Positions 1-7,642 of a stretch of 62,969 bases of DNA are shown piece by piece. Position 1 is the first letter of the stretch. Each line of letters begins with the position of its first letter. The notes under the pieces were generated by a model. The model saw only the letters and a program-made list of their open reading frames with translations, was not told the DNA's origin and did not search any database. A program made the translations under genes and the position numbers. This stretch comes from Bacilli bacterium (GTDB lineage: Bacteria; Bacillota_I; Bacilli_A; Izemoplasmatales; Hujiaoplasmataceae). The stretch covers positions 1 through 62,969 of the forward strand of contig JAFGQT010000082.1 of NCBI GenBank assembly GCA_016935515.1, in the 5' to 3' direction.

Positions 1-128
1 AACGTAAATTTGCATCGATGGCGATCGTCAACATCGCCATGAGTGGAATTTTCTCCTCTGATCGTTCAATTCGCGAATACGCCGAGAACATTTGGCATGT
101 AAAACCTGCCTTTGAAAAGGGTGACTGA
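1..128 (+). CDS. glgP: alpha-glucan (glycogen/maltodextrin) phosphorylase, C-terminal fragment; the gene begins upstream of the window
   Basis: Frame 3 reads [41 protein letters not shown], with stop TGA at 126-128. The SG.FSSDR.I.EYA..IW string is the conserved C-terminus of GT35 phosphorylases. It is not in the ORF track because it has no start in the window. Confidence 0.8.
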   Translation, partial: RKFASMAIVNIAMSGIFSSDRSIREYAENIWHVKPAFEKGD

Positions 129-129
129 A

Positions 130-774
130 ATGAAAGATTTTTTATGGATTGATCTCAGCCATTCCATCGGTAGCGACACTGTCGTTTATCCCGGAGATCC
201 ACGGCTTCAGATTGAATTCAAGCGACAAGTTGAAAGGGATGGTTACTCATTGTCTAGCGTATGTACCGGAATGCATGTGGGCACGCATGTGGACAGTCCA
301 CTCCATTTTGTTTCCAAAGGCGAGAACATAGGCGATCTTCCAATCGAGCGCTGGATGGGATGGGCAACCAAGATCAAAATTGAGTCAAACTCCAATTTGG
401 TGACAACTGCATCTCTAAAAAACGCGTGGGACAAGTCGGATTGCCATCACGACATCTTGCTTATCGACACTGGTCATAGCTCTAAATTTGGCTCAATGTC
501 TTTTTATGAGGAATGTCCAGCTTTTGAAAGGGATTTTCATGATTTTTTGAAGGAAAATCGAATTCGTTTGCTGGGACTCGATCTTCCGACTGTTATGTAT
601 GAGGGTGGCGACAATTTGCATGCCCATCAAGACTTGCTCGGCAACGGAGTCCTCATCGTCGAGAGTCTCAACAATCTCGACAAGCTCAACCAAGAGGTTT
701 TTTTCATGGCTTTACCGCTCAACATCAGGTCGGTCGAGGCTTCACCGGTCAGAGCAGTGGCAAGTAACATATGA
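130..774 (+). CDS. putative cyclase-fold hydrolase (kynurenine formamidase/arylformamidase-like)
   Basis: Track ORF 112..774. The ATG at 130 lies 1 nt after the glgP stop. The motifs DLSH...YPGDP and HVGTHVDSPLHF (HxGTHxDxPxH metal site) are typical of the cyclase family. Confidence 0.7.
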   Translation: MKDFLWIDLSHSIGSDTVVYPGDPRLQIEFKRQVERDGYSLSSVCTGMHVGTHVDSPLHFVSKGENIGDLPIERWMGWATKIKIESNSNLVTTASLKNAWDKSDCHHDILLIDTGHSSKFGSMSFYEECPAFERDFHDFLKENRIRLLGLDLPTVMYEGGDNLHAHQDLLGNGVLIVESLNNLDKLNQEVFFMALPLNIRSVEASPVRAVASNI

Positions 775-849
775 TAACGCTATCCACCATTAATTGGTGT
801 TTGACTTAATCCAAACAATCGTTTATAATTATTGTGTAAAACTAAATAG

Positions 850-999
850 CATCAATCTTCGGGGCAGGGTGAGATTCCCTACCGGCGGTATAGTCCGCGA
901 GCTACGGCATGATTGGGTGAGATTCCCAAACCGACAGTATAGTCTGGATGAGAGAAGAATCAATTTTTTTGATTATGCCCGACATTTGTCGGGCTTTTT
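850..999 (+). promoter_or_regulatory. FMN riboswitch (RFN element) with intrinsic terminator expression platform
   Basis: The conserved RFN core is present: cttcggggcagggtgagattccctaccggcggtatagtccgcgagc ... ggtgagattcccaaaccgacagtatagtctggatgagagaag. It is followed by hairpin gcccgaca-ttt-gtcgggc (977-994) plus TTTTT, then RBS aggagg (1007-1012) and the ATG at 1018. Confidence 0.9.
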
Positions 1000-1017
1000 A
1001 ATTCTTAGGAGGCCAAC

Positions 1018-1899
1018 ATGACAGTAACACTTTCAGGTATTTTCACAACGACAAACATCATCACGATTATAACTGCGCTGGTCGCAGTTGGAATGCTGTT
1101 TTTGTTTCAAAGAACTAGCAAGGACGACCACAAGAACATGTTGGCGCAATTGATTATCGTCCTATTCATCATTGCCGGAGTCACATATGGCTTGGTGTTA
1201 AAAGACGACGATTCTATATCTAATTTGGATATAGTCTTGGTCGATTTGATCATTTTCGTAGCGTATTTTGCGATTGCTTTGCTAATGCGGGTCATCAGAC
1301 AAAAGAATGCTCAAAAAGAAACGATGACGACCAGAAAACTTGCTTTTCTCGGCATCATCGTCGGACTTGCCAGCGTCTTGATGTTATTGGGATTTCCGGT
1401 TTTGCCCGGTTTCCACTATCTTAAGGTTGAGATCTCAGGACTGATCATTTTCATGACATTGTTGTGGTTCGACTTCAAGACGGCCGCAATCGTGTCCCTG
1501 ATAACCAATTTCATTCATGTTTTCATGCCTGGGACTCCGCCAGTAATAATGTTTCTTGATGAAGGCATAAACTTCATCGCGACGATGATTTTCATCCTGC
1601 CAACGGCGATACTGATCAAGAAATGCAATTTGCAATCCAGAAGAAGTCAGACAATTATTCTTTGGGTCTCGATCGCAAGCGTTGTTTTCACAACTGTATT
1701 CATGACGCTCTACAATGCTTTCATAAATCTTCCGCTAGTATATAAAATGCCCTTGGATTTCCTGACTGTCCTCAAAGTGTTCGGGCTGTTCAACTTGATC
1801 AAATGGGGTGCAGTAGCATTGGTGATCAACTTGGTTTGGCGGCGACTTTACGGATTAAGAAATTATTCAAGTTATTTAAGCGATGAAATGGCCGAATAG
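1018..1899 (+). CDS. ribU: riboflavin transporter, ECF S-component RibU-like, with an extra N-terminal membrane extension of about 100 aa
   Basis: It lies directly downstream of the FMN riboswitch. The C-terminal ~190 aa (TRKLAFLGIIVGLASVLMLLGFPV...LKVEISGLIIF...) look like an ECF riboflavin S component. The protein is polytopic and hydrophobic. Confidence 0.65.
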   Translation: MTVTLSGIFTTTNIITIITALVAVGMLFLFQRTSKDDHKNMLAQLIIVLFIIAGVTYGLVLKDDDSISNLDIVLVDLIIFVAYFAIALLMRVIRQKNAQKETMTTRKLAFLGIIVGLASVLMLLGFPVLPGFHYLKVEISGLIIFMTLLWFDFKTAAIVSLITNFIHVFMPGTPPVIMFLDEGINFIATMIFILPTAILIKKCNLQSRRSQTIILWVSIASVVFTTVFMTLYNAFINLPLVYKMPLDFLTVLKVFGLFNLIKWGAVALVINLVWRRLYGLRNYSSYLSDEMAE

Positions 1900-1945
1900 T
1901 TTGATTAGGCATCGATACCATACAATCCCATCCTTCACAATTTGA

Positions 1946-1994
1946 ACAAAAAAAGGCGCGGTGTAAGATATGCAAAACTTACGCTGCGCCTTTT
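1946..1994. terminator. bidirectional rho-independent terminator between convergent genes
   Basis: A 13-bp stem pairs ggcgcggtgtaag (1955-1967) with cttacgctgcgcc (1978-1990), including two G-U wobbles. An A-run lies upstream and TTTT downstream. Confidence 0.7.
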
Positions 1995-2745
1995 AAAGTA
2001 GGTTTGCTTCCCTAACTATTGTTGGATGGTAGGGAATTCTAGTGTTTAGGTTGATGTTGTCGATCAAGTATAAGTTATGTGCTTTGAGTTGTTGATTACC
2101 AAAGCTTTTTGACACAATCGTCTCTCGATAGTGGGAAATGTTTCCGGAGTCATCGAACTTGATCGAGTACGTTTTTTTCTCAGAATTGCCAGATGACGGG
2201 TCTAAATAACTGATCTTTGTGATTCTGAGTTTTTTACGGATCTTGAAATCCTTGATACTGTCGAGACCATGCCAAAATACTAGGTCATTCATCGTCTTGT
2301 AGATCAAGTACTTATCTTCGCTTCTTAAATAATCGCCGTGAGCGGTGTAAAATGTAACGGTTTGTAAGTTGTCGACATAGACGTGTTTTTTCTTGTCAAC
2401 GGCATAAACTGACAGATTGTTGTCGACGTCAGTCTTCAAGTAAATGGTAGTTTTGGGAAGGGCCTTGTCGATAAACAGGAACAAGATGATCTGCATGAAT
2501 GAAAGCCCTCCGGAAACCGGCAAAAAAATGGAGAAGAACCTATGATATTCCGGCTCACCAAAGTTTCTCGTTATGTCATTTATTTCCATCGGCACTCGTA
2601 ACAGGTATATGATCAGAAAACTGAGGAATATCAGGAAGAAAGTTGGAAAAAGGATCAGTGACATCAAAGAAATCATCCGATTGTGTTTGAAGATAACTGC
2701 GGTTCTGATCTTGTTGAAGTCGTATCCGATCTCGTTGGCTGTCAT
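1993..2745 (-). CDS. hypothetical membrane-anchored protein (two N-terminal TM segments plus a soluble C-terminal domain)
   Basis: Track ORF 1993..2850. The internal ATG at 2745 (MTANEIGYDF...) is preceded by RBS gaggtga. I recognise no motif. Confidence 0.55.
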   Translation of the reverse strand: MTANEIGYDFNKIRTAVIFKHNRMISLMSLILFPTFFLIFLSFLIIYLLRVPMEINDITRNFGEPEYHRFFSIFLPVSGGLSFMQIILFLFIDKALPKTTIYLKTDVDNNLSVYAVDKKKHVYVDNLQTVTFYTAHGDYLRSEDKYLIYKTMNDLVFWHGLDSIKDFKIRKKLRITKISYLDPSSGNSEKKTYSIKFDDSGNISHYRETIVSKSFGNQQLKAHNLYLIDNINLNTRIPYHPTIVREANLL

Positions 2746-2877
2746 AGATTTCACCTCGTTATCAACTATTATATTACAAGAATTCCGGAAACGGCAAAAA
2801 AACATCATTTTTCCGTTTTTATGTTTAAAAATTATGGAATAATGATACAATAAAACTGATATTATGTTGAGTCTAGG

Positions 2878-3609
2878 ATGCGTGATCTAATGAATACTGT
2901 GAAGATCGACAAATACTTTCGCGGCATGATTGCCCACCGCGGCTTGAGCGGCATTGAAACCGAAAACACGATCAATGCTTTCGTTGCTGCAGCCAACAGA
3001 AGTTACTTCGGGATCGAATGCGATGTTCATGTATCCCGGGATGGAAAACTGATCGTCACTCACGACGACACTTTGTTGCGACTCGGGATGCTCAATATAT
3101 ATATTCCAAGCTATCGCTACGATGAAATCCGTCGTTTTACCCTGCTCGATAGAAAGACGGGACATCTTTCGGATAACCTGATTATTCCGCTATTGCAGGA
3201 ATATCTGTCCATCTGCAAAGTCTACCAAAAACATGCGATGATCGAACTCAAAGGAAACCTATCGCTTGAGGATGTAGACAATGTAGTCGATACAGTGGTC
3301 AGATTCCATGATTTGGAACAAACAAGCTTTCTCTCGTTTAACGAAAAATATTTGGTGCATTTGCGCAAAAATCACACTGAACAGAGCATTTATTATTTGA
3401 CAAGCTTGCTAGACGATCATGTTTTTGATCTCTGTGAAAAGAATCGCTTCAACCTTGATGTTGAGCATCAAGCTTTGACGGAGGCAGCCGTCAAGCGATT
3501 GCATCTGGTTGGACTGAAAGTCTGTGTTTATACAGTAAACGACAAGGATCAAGCCGAAAAGCTCATCAAAATGGGTGTGGACTACATCACTACAGACATC
3601 TTGGAATAG
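2878..3609 (+). CDS. glycerophosphodiester phosphodiesterase (GDPD family)
   Basis: IAHRGLSGIETENTINAF and ECDVHVSRDGKLIVTHDDTL match the GDPD catalytic HRG and E.D.H motifs. An alternative ATG lies at 2890. Confidence 0.8.
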   Translation: MRDLMNTVKIDKYFRGMIAHRGLSGIETENTINAFVAAANRSYFGIECDVHVSRDGKLIVTHDDTLLRLGMLNIYIPSYRYDEIRRFTLLDRKTGHLSDNLIIPLLQEYLSICKVYQKHAMIELKGNLSLEDVDNVVDTVVRFHDLEQTSFLSFNEKYLVHLRKNHTEQSIYYLTSLLDDHVFDLCEKNRFNLDVEHQALTEAAVKRLHLVGLKVCVYTVNDKDQAEKLIKMGVDYITTDILE

Positions 3610-3655
3610 ATAAAAGTTAGTTAAAACAATAATCTATAAGAAGGAGTGTATATGG

Positions 3656-4198
3656 ATGAAGAATCATACTATCGAGAACATTCTTGACCGTCGCAGCGTC
3701 CGCAGTTATCTCGACAAACCGATTCCCGAAGCCGATTTGAAATGGATTGTCAAGTGCGGCATTTATGCTCCGACAGCCAGGAACAAGCAAAACTGGCATT
3801 TTACTGTCATTACCGACAAGGAAACTATCGAAAAAATCAATACGCTATCGCTCGAGGGAATGGAACGTCTAGGTATAGCCAAGGAACCGGGATACCATAT
3901 CTTTTACCATGCGCCTGTCGTGATCGTCCTGAGCTCCGCGCTCGAAGGTTTCAGCGAGATGAACTGTGGGTGCGCTTTGGAAAACATGGCAATCGCAGCC
4001 AAATCGCTCGGTCTTGATTCCTGCATCATTGGTCAAACACGATATATGTTCAATCAGATCAATACGGTGGACATCAACCGGATGCTGAAGATCCCCGATG
4101 GTTACCAACATGATGCTGCCATTTGTTTTGGCTATCGTCAAGGCGACAATCCTGAACCTAAACCACGCAAAGATGACGTGGTAGACTACATACGCTAG
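3656..4198 (+). CDS. nitroreductase family protein (FMN-dependent)
   Basis: The N-terminal RRSVRSY..KPIP and PTARNKQNWHFTVI motifs are typical of the nitroreductase fold. RBS aaggag lies 9 nt upstream. Confidence 0.75.
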   Translation: MKNHTIENILDRRSVRSYLDKPIPEADLKWIVKCGIYAPTARNKQNWHFTVITDKETIEKINTLSLEGMERLGIAKEPGYHIFYHAPVVIVLSSALEGFSEMNCGCALENMAIAAKSLGLDSCIIGQTRYMFNQINTVDINRMLKIPDGYQHDAAICFGYRQGDNPEPKPRKDDVVDYIR

Positions 4199-4208
4199 AC
4201 ATCGACAA

Positions 4209-4236
4209 TACTTTTGAACTTTCAAAAGTATTTTTT
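4209..4236 (+). terminator. rho-independent terminator after the nitroreductase gene
   Basis: The hairpin pairs tacttttg with caaaagta and is followed by TTTTTT. Confidence 0.6.
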
Positions 4237-4266
4237 CTATAAGATTTGACACAAGGAGTTGTTATC

Positions 4267-5973
4267 ATGTGGAAAGAAACATACCAACGCTGGTTGTCAC
4301 AACCAAGTCTCGATCCCGATCTCAAGTCTGATCTTGAGGACAAATCTGCATCTGAACTGGAGGATAGGTTTTATACAAACCTAGAATTTGGAACCGGAGG
4401 CATGCGAGGTATACTTGGAGCCGGGACAAACCGCTTGAATATCTATACAATCCGCAAAGCCAATGCAGGACTTGCGGCTTATCTTACAAAACATTATTCT
4501 CCCAAGGAACTCATGAGAGGCGTCGTCATCGCTCATGACAATAGACACATGTCACATGAATTTGCTCTGGAATCAGCTAGGGTATTGGGATATTACGGAA
4601 TCAAATCGTACTTGTTCGACAGGTTGAGACCGACTCCGGAATTGTCTTTTGCGACTCGTTATCTTGGAGCTATTTCCGGTATCGTGATCACCGCAAGCCA
4701 TAACCCTCCTAACTACAACGGCTACAAGATCTATGATGCCAGTGGCTGTCAATACACACCGCAATATGCTGATGAGATCGTTGGCTACGTCAATGCAGTT
4801 GAGGATGTTTTCCAGATACCTGCCTTGTCTTTGGAAGAGCTTGAAAGCGAAGGTTTGATCGAATACATTGGCGACGACGTGGATGAACACTATTTGGAAC
4901 TTGTAAAAAGTGTCCAGATTCATCCTGAGATCGACAAGAACATCAAGATCGTTTTCACGCCTTTACACGGAACATCAGCGATGCTGGGGGCAAGACTTCT
5001 TTCTGCCACAGGTTATGAATTCTATCCGGTCGAAGAACAAATGGTTCATGATCCTGATTTTTCGACTGTTGCATCACCTAACCCAGAAAATCCCAATGCC
5101 TTCAAGATGGCAATCGAACTGGGGCGAAAAATCGATGCTGATCTCTTGATTGCCACAGATCCTGATGCGGACCGCTTGGGAATCGCTGTCAAGGATGGCT
5201 CGGAATATCGTTTGCTTTCAGGCAACCAAACCGGAGCGATATTGCTCTATTACTTGTTGAATGAAAGCCAGAAACTTGGATTGTTGCCAAAGCGAGGCGT
5301 GGTTTTCAACACTGTCGTCACATCTGATCTTGGCGCAAAAATCGCCAGATCCTTCGGGTTTGAAGTCATATCTACGTTGACTGGGTTCAAGTTCATCGGT
5401 GAGCAAATTAGACTGCTCGAAAAGACTGAGAAGAAATTTCTATTCGGTTACGAGGAATCCTTCGGCTATTTGATAAATCCCGCAGTCAGGGACAAGGACG
5501 CCTTACAGGCGTTGTTGTTGGCTGTCGAAGCTCAAGCCTTCTATAAGGAACGAGAACAGAAAAGTCTGTATGACGTTTTGCTTGATATTTATGAGAAATA
5601 CGGTTATCATAGTGAAGCCCTGATAAGTATCGATCTTGTCGGCGTCGAGGGCAAGTCAAGAATTGACAGGATCATGAATCACCTGCACGAACAACATTAT
5701 GCATCTATTGCGGGCGTCAAAGTCAAGTCGATTGAAGATTATTTACAACGCAAACGCTTTTTCGGCGGTTACGAAGAAGTAATCGAACTTCCCAAATCCG
5801 ATGTTGTCAAATACATTCTCGAAGACGGATCATGGTTTGTCTTCCGTCCTTCCGGAACCGAGCCGAAACTGAAAATCTACTTGGCCGCACGTGCAGCAGA
5901 CGAAGAAACTGCGAACAAACGCATTGAAATTCTTAAAGAGCAAGCAAACAAGATTGTGTCCACGATCGAATAG
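4267..5973 (+). CDS. pgcA: alpha-phosphoglucomutase (PgcA type, phosphohexomutase superfamily)
   Basis: MWKETYQRWL...LEFGTGGMRG...TASHNPPNYNGYKIY (phosphoserine loop) resembles Bacillus PgcA closely. The ATG at 4267 has RBS aaggag 8 nt upstream; the track start at 4246 is a TTG with no RBS. Confidence 0.88.
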   Translation: MWKETYQRWLSQPSLDPDLKSDLEDKSASELEDRFYTNLEFGTGGMRGILGAGTNRLNIYTIRKANAGLAAYLTKHYSPKELMRGVVIAHDNRHMSHEFALESARVLGYYGIKSYLFDRLRPTPELSFATRYLGAISGIVITASHNPPNYNGYKIYDASGCQYTPQYADEIVGYVNAVEDVFQIPALSLEELESEGLIEYIGDDVDEHYLELVKSVQIHPEIDKNIKIVFTPLHGTSAMLGARLLSATGYEFYPVEEQMVHDPDFSTVASPNPENPNAFKMAIELGRKIDADLLIATDPDADRLGIAVKDGSEYRLLSGNQTGAILLYYLLNESQKLGLLPKRGVVFNTVVTSDLGAKIARSFGFEVISTLTGFKFIGEQIRLLEKTEKKFLFGYEESFGYLINPAVRDKDALQALLLAVEAQAFYKEREQKSLYDVLLDIYEKYGYHSEALISIDLVGVEGKSRIDRIMNHLHEQHYASIAGVKVKSIEDYLQRKRFFGGYEEVIELPKSDVVKYILEDGSWFVFRPSGTEPKLKIYLAARAADEETANKRIEILKEQANKIVSTIE

Positions 5974-5987
5974 AAGAAGGAATATAG

Positions 5988-6179
5988 ATGGAAATTGTAA
6001 TCGGTGTTGTCTTGATTGTACTTGTGATCGGCATCTATGTGATCACTTATGTTATCAATGAAAAAACTGACGTTCCCGAAGGTTGCGAAGACCTTACGGA
6101 TTTTTCCGCATGTCACGGTTGCACGAATTCGTCATGCGGTATCAAACAGAAACTAGAGAAGACGAATAATGATAAATAA
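5988..6179 (+). CDS. small membrane-anchored Cys-rich protein (63 aa), function unknown
   Basis: It has an N-terminal TM helix (IVIGVVLIVLVIGIYVITYVI) followed by GC-x9-CHGC-x4-C. RBS aaggaa lies upstream, and the ORF overlaps the ung start by 11 nt. Confidence 0.5.
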   Translation: MEIVIGVVLIVLVIGIYVITYVINEKTDVPEGCEDLTDFSACHGCTNSSCGIKQKLEKTNNDK

Positions 6180-6843
6180 TGATTGGGATGAATTGCTGGG
6201 GGCAGAATTTGCTAAACCATATTTCTTGAAGTTGGTTGAAGACATTAAAGAAGAGTATCTTCAACACACCTGTTATCCCCCAATCAATCAAGTGTTCAAC
6301 GCTTTTCGATTGACCCCATACAAAGATGTCAAGGTGCTTTTGTTGGGTCAGGATCCTTATCCGAACCCAAACCAGGCCATGGGCTTGGCTTTTTCGGTAA
6401 ACGACGGCATTGCCTTGCCCAAATCGCTGATCAACATCTATATGGAATTGTCATCTGATTTACAGATCAAGACTCCTGCTTCAGGAAATCTTACTGGATG
6501 GGCGCGAAATGGTGTTTTGTTACTCAATGCAATATTGTCTGTCCGGCAGGGTGAACCTTTGAGTCATCAGAAATATGATTGGACGACATTCACGGACGAA
6601 GTTATCAAATTACTCAATCAAAAAACCACGCCAATCGTTTTTGTGCTATGGGGTAACTACGCCAGAAGCAAAAAACAATTGATCACCAATCCTATCCATT
6701 TGGTGATTGAGAATGTACATCCTTCGCCATTGTCTGCTTCAAGGGGATTCTTCGGCGCACGACCATTCTCAAAGATCAACGATTTTTTGCGATCTACCAA
6801 TCAAGAACCAATTGACTTCAGTTTGAACCAGGTGAAACAATGA
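6169..6843 (+). CDS. ung: uracil-DNA glycosylase, family 1
   Basis: GQDPYP..NQAMGLAFSV (water-activating loop) and HPSPLSA (His loop) motifs are present, and the length is 224 aa. Confidence 0.92.
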   Translation: MINNDWDELLGAEFAKPYFLKLVEDIKEEYLQHTCYPPINQVFNAFRLTPYKDVKVLLLGQDPYPNPNQAMGLAFSVNDGIALPKSLINIYMELSSDLQIKTPASGNLTGWARNGVLLLNAILSVRQGEPLSHQKYDWTTFTDEVIKLLNQKTTPIVFVLWGNYARSKKQLITNPIHLVIENVHPSPLSASRGFFGARPFSKINDFLRSTNQEPIDFSLNQVKQ

Positions 6844-7595
6844 AAAACACACATGTTCAGAAACTTGTTTTCGTTGGATTAATGGTCGCAATCGGAATCA
6901 TACTCGGACAAGTAGCGTCGATATCCTTGCCGAATGCTTCCGATCCAATCATCAAGTTTGGCATCGGATACTTGCCGATAATTCTCGTCAGCATCATTTA
7001 TGGTCCGGTTTTGGGAGTAATGGCTGGGATCGCACAAGATTTATTAGGGTTTTTCCTTGTTGGCGCTAATCTCGGACAGGTTTTCAATCTTGGATTCACT
7101 TTAAACGCTGCACTTTACGGTTTGATTCCTGGTCTCTTGTTTGCGAAGACCTTCGCCAAAGAAAAACGTATTTTCTTCGTGCTGAATTTCACTTTGTCGT
7201 TTACCTTGATGTTTGGAGCGATTTGGTATTTCTTCCATATAAACCAAGTTATATCATCATCCTTGGCAGACAGCGAGAAATATTTGCTCGTTGGCATCAG
7301 CATGATTGGATCGTTGACGATTGGAGTTTTCAACCTTATTGCTTTCAAAAGCAAAAAATACGGTGAGGAAGGGACAAAGTTGCTTTTTGCTTTATCGCTC
7401 TTATATATTCTCGTGTCTTTGATTTTGACGCCGATCTGGCTCACGATCCTGAACCCAGGCATTGCTTTCTGGGCGAGAATCCCTTTGCGGATCGTGAAGA
7501 TGCCAATCGAGGTATTCGTGTATCTGGTCTTATTGGTGACCTTGCTGAAATTGATCAGAGAGTTGCTGAACCAAAGTAAGACCGAACAGACATAA
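6840..7595 (+). CDS. ECF transporter S component, folate-family (FolT)-like
   Basis: An ATGA overlap links it to ung. IKFGIGYLPIILVSIIYGPVLGVMAGIAQDLLGFFL fits the FolT-type pattern. The protein is polytopic and, at 251 aa, longer than a typical FolT. Confidence 0.55.
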   Translation: MKNTHVQKLVFVGLMVAIGIILGQVASISLPNASDPIIKFGIGYLPIILVSIIYGPVLGVMAGIAQDLLGFFLVGANLGQVFNLGFTLNAALYGLIPGLLFAKTFAKEKRIFFVLNFTLSFTLMFGAIWYFFHINQVISSSLADSEKYLLVGISMIGSLTIGVFNLIAFKSKKYGEEGTKLLFALSLLYILVSLILTPIWLTILNPGIAFWARIPLRIVKMPIEVFVYLVLLVTLLKLIRELLNQSKTEQT

Positions 7596-7597
7596 AG

Positions 7598-7630
7598 AAA
7601 AGCCGCCTTTCTTCACGGAAAGCGGCTTTT
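7598..7630. terminator. bidirectional terminator between convergent genes
   Basis: aaagccgcctttc pairs with gaaagcggcttt (one bulge) and is flanked by A/T runs. Confidence 0.7.
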
Positions 7631-7642
7631 ATATTATCCGTA

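Noticed and set aside
794-1021. 75-aa ORF in the track upstream of the RibU-like gene
   Set aside because: It coincides exactly with the FMN riboswitch aptamer and its terminator. It has no RBS and is an artefact of the structured RNA.
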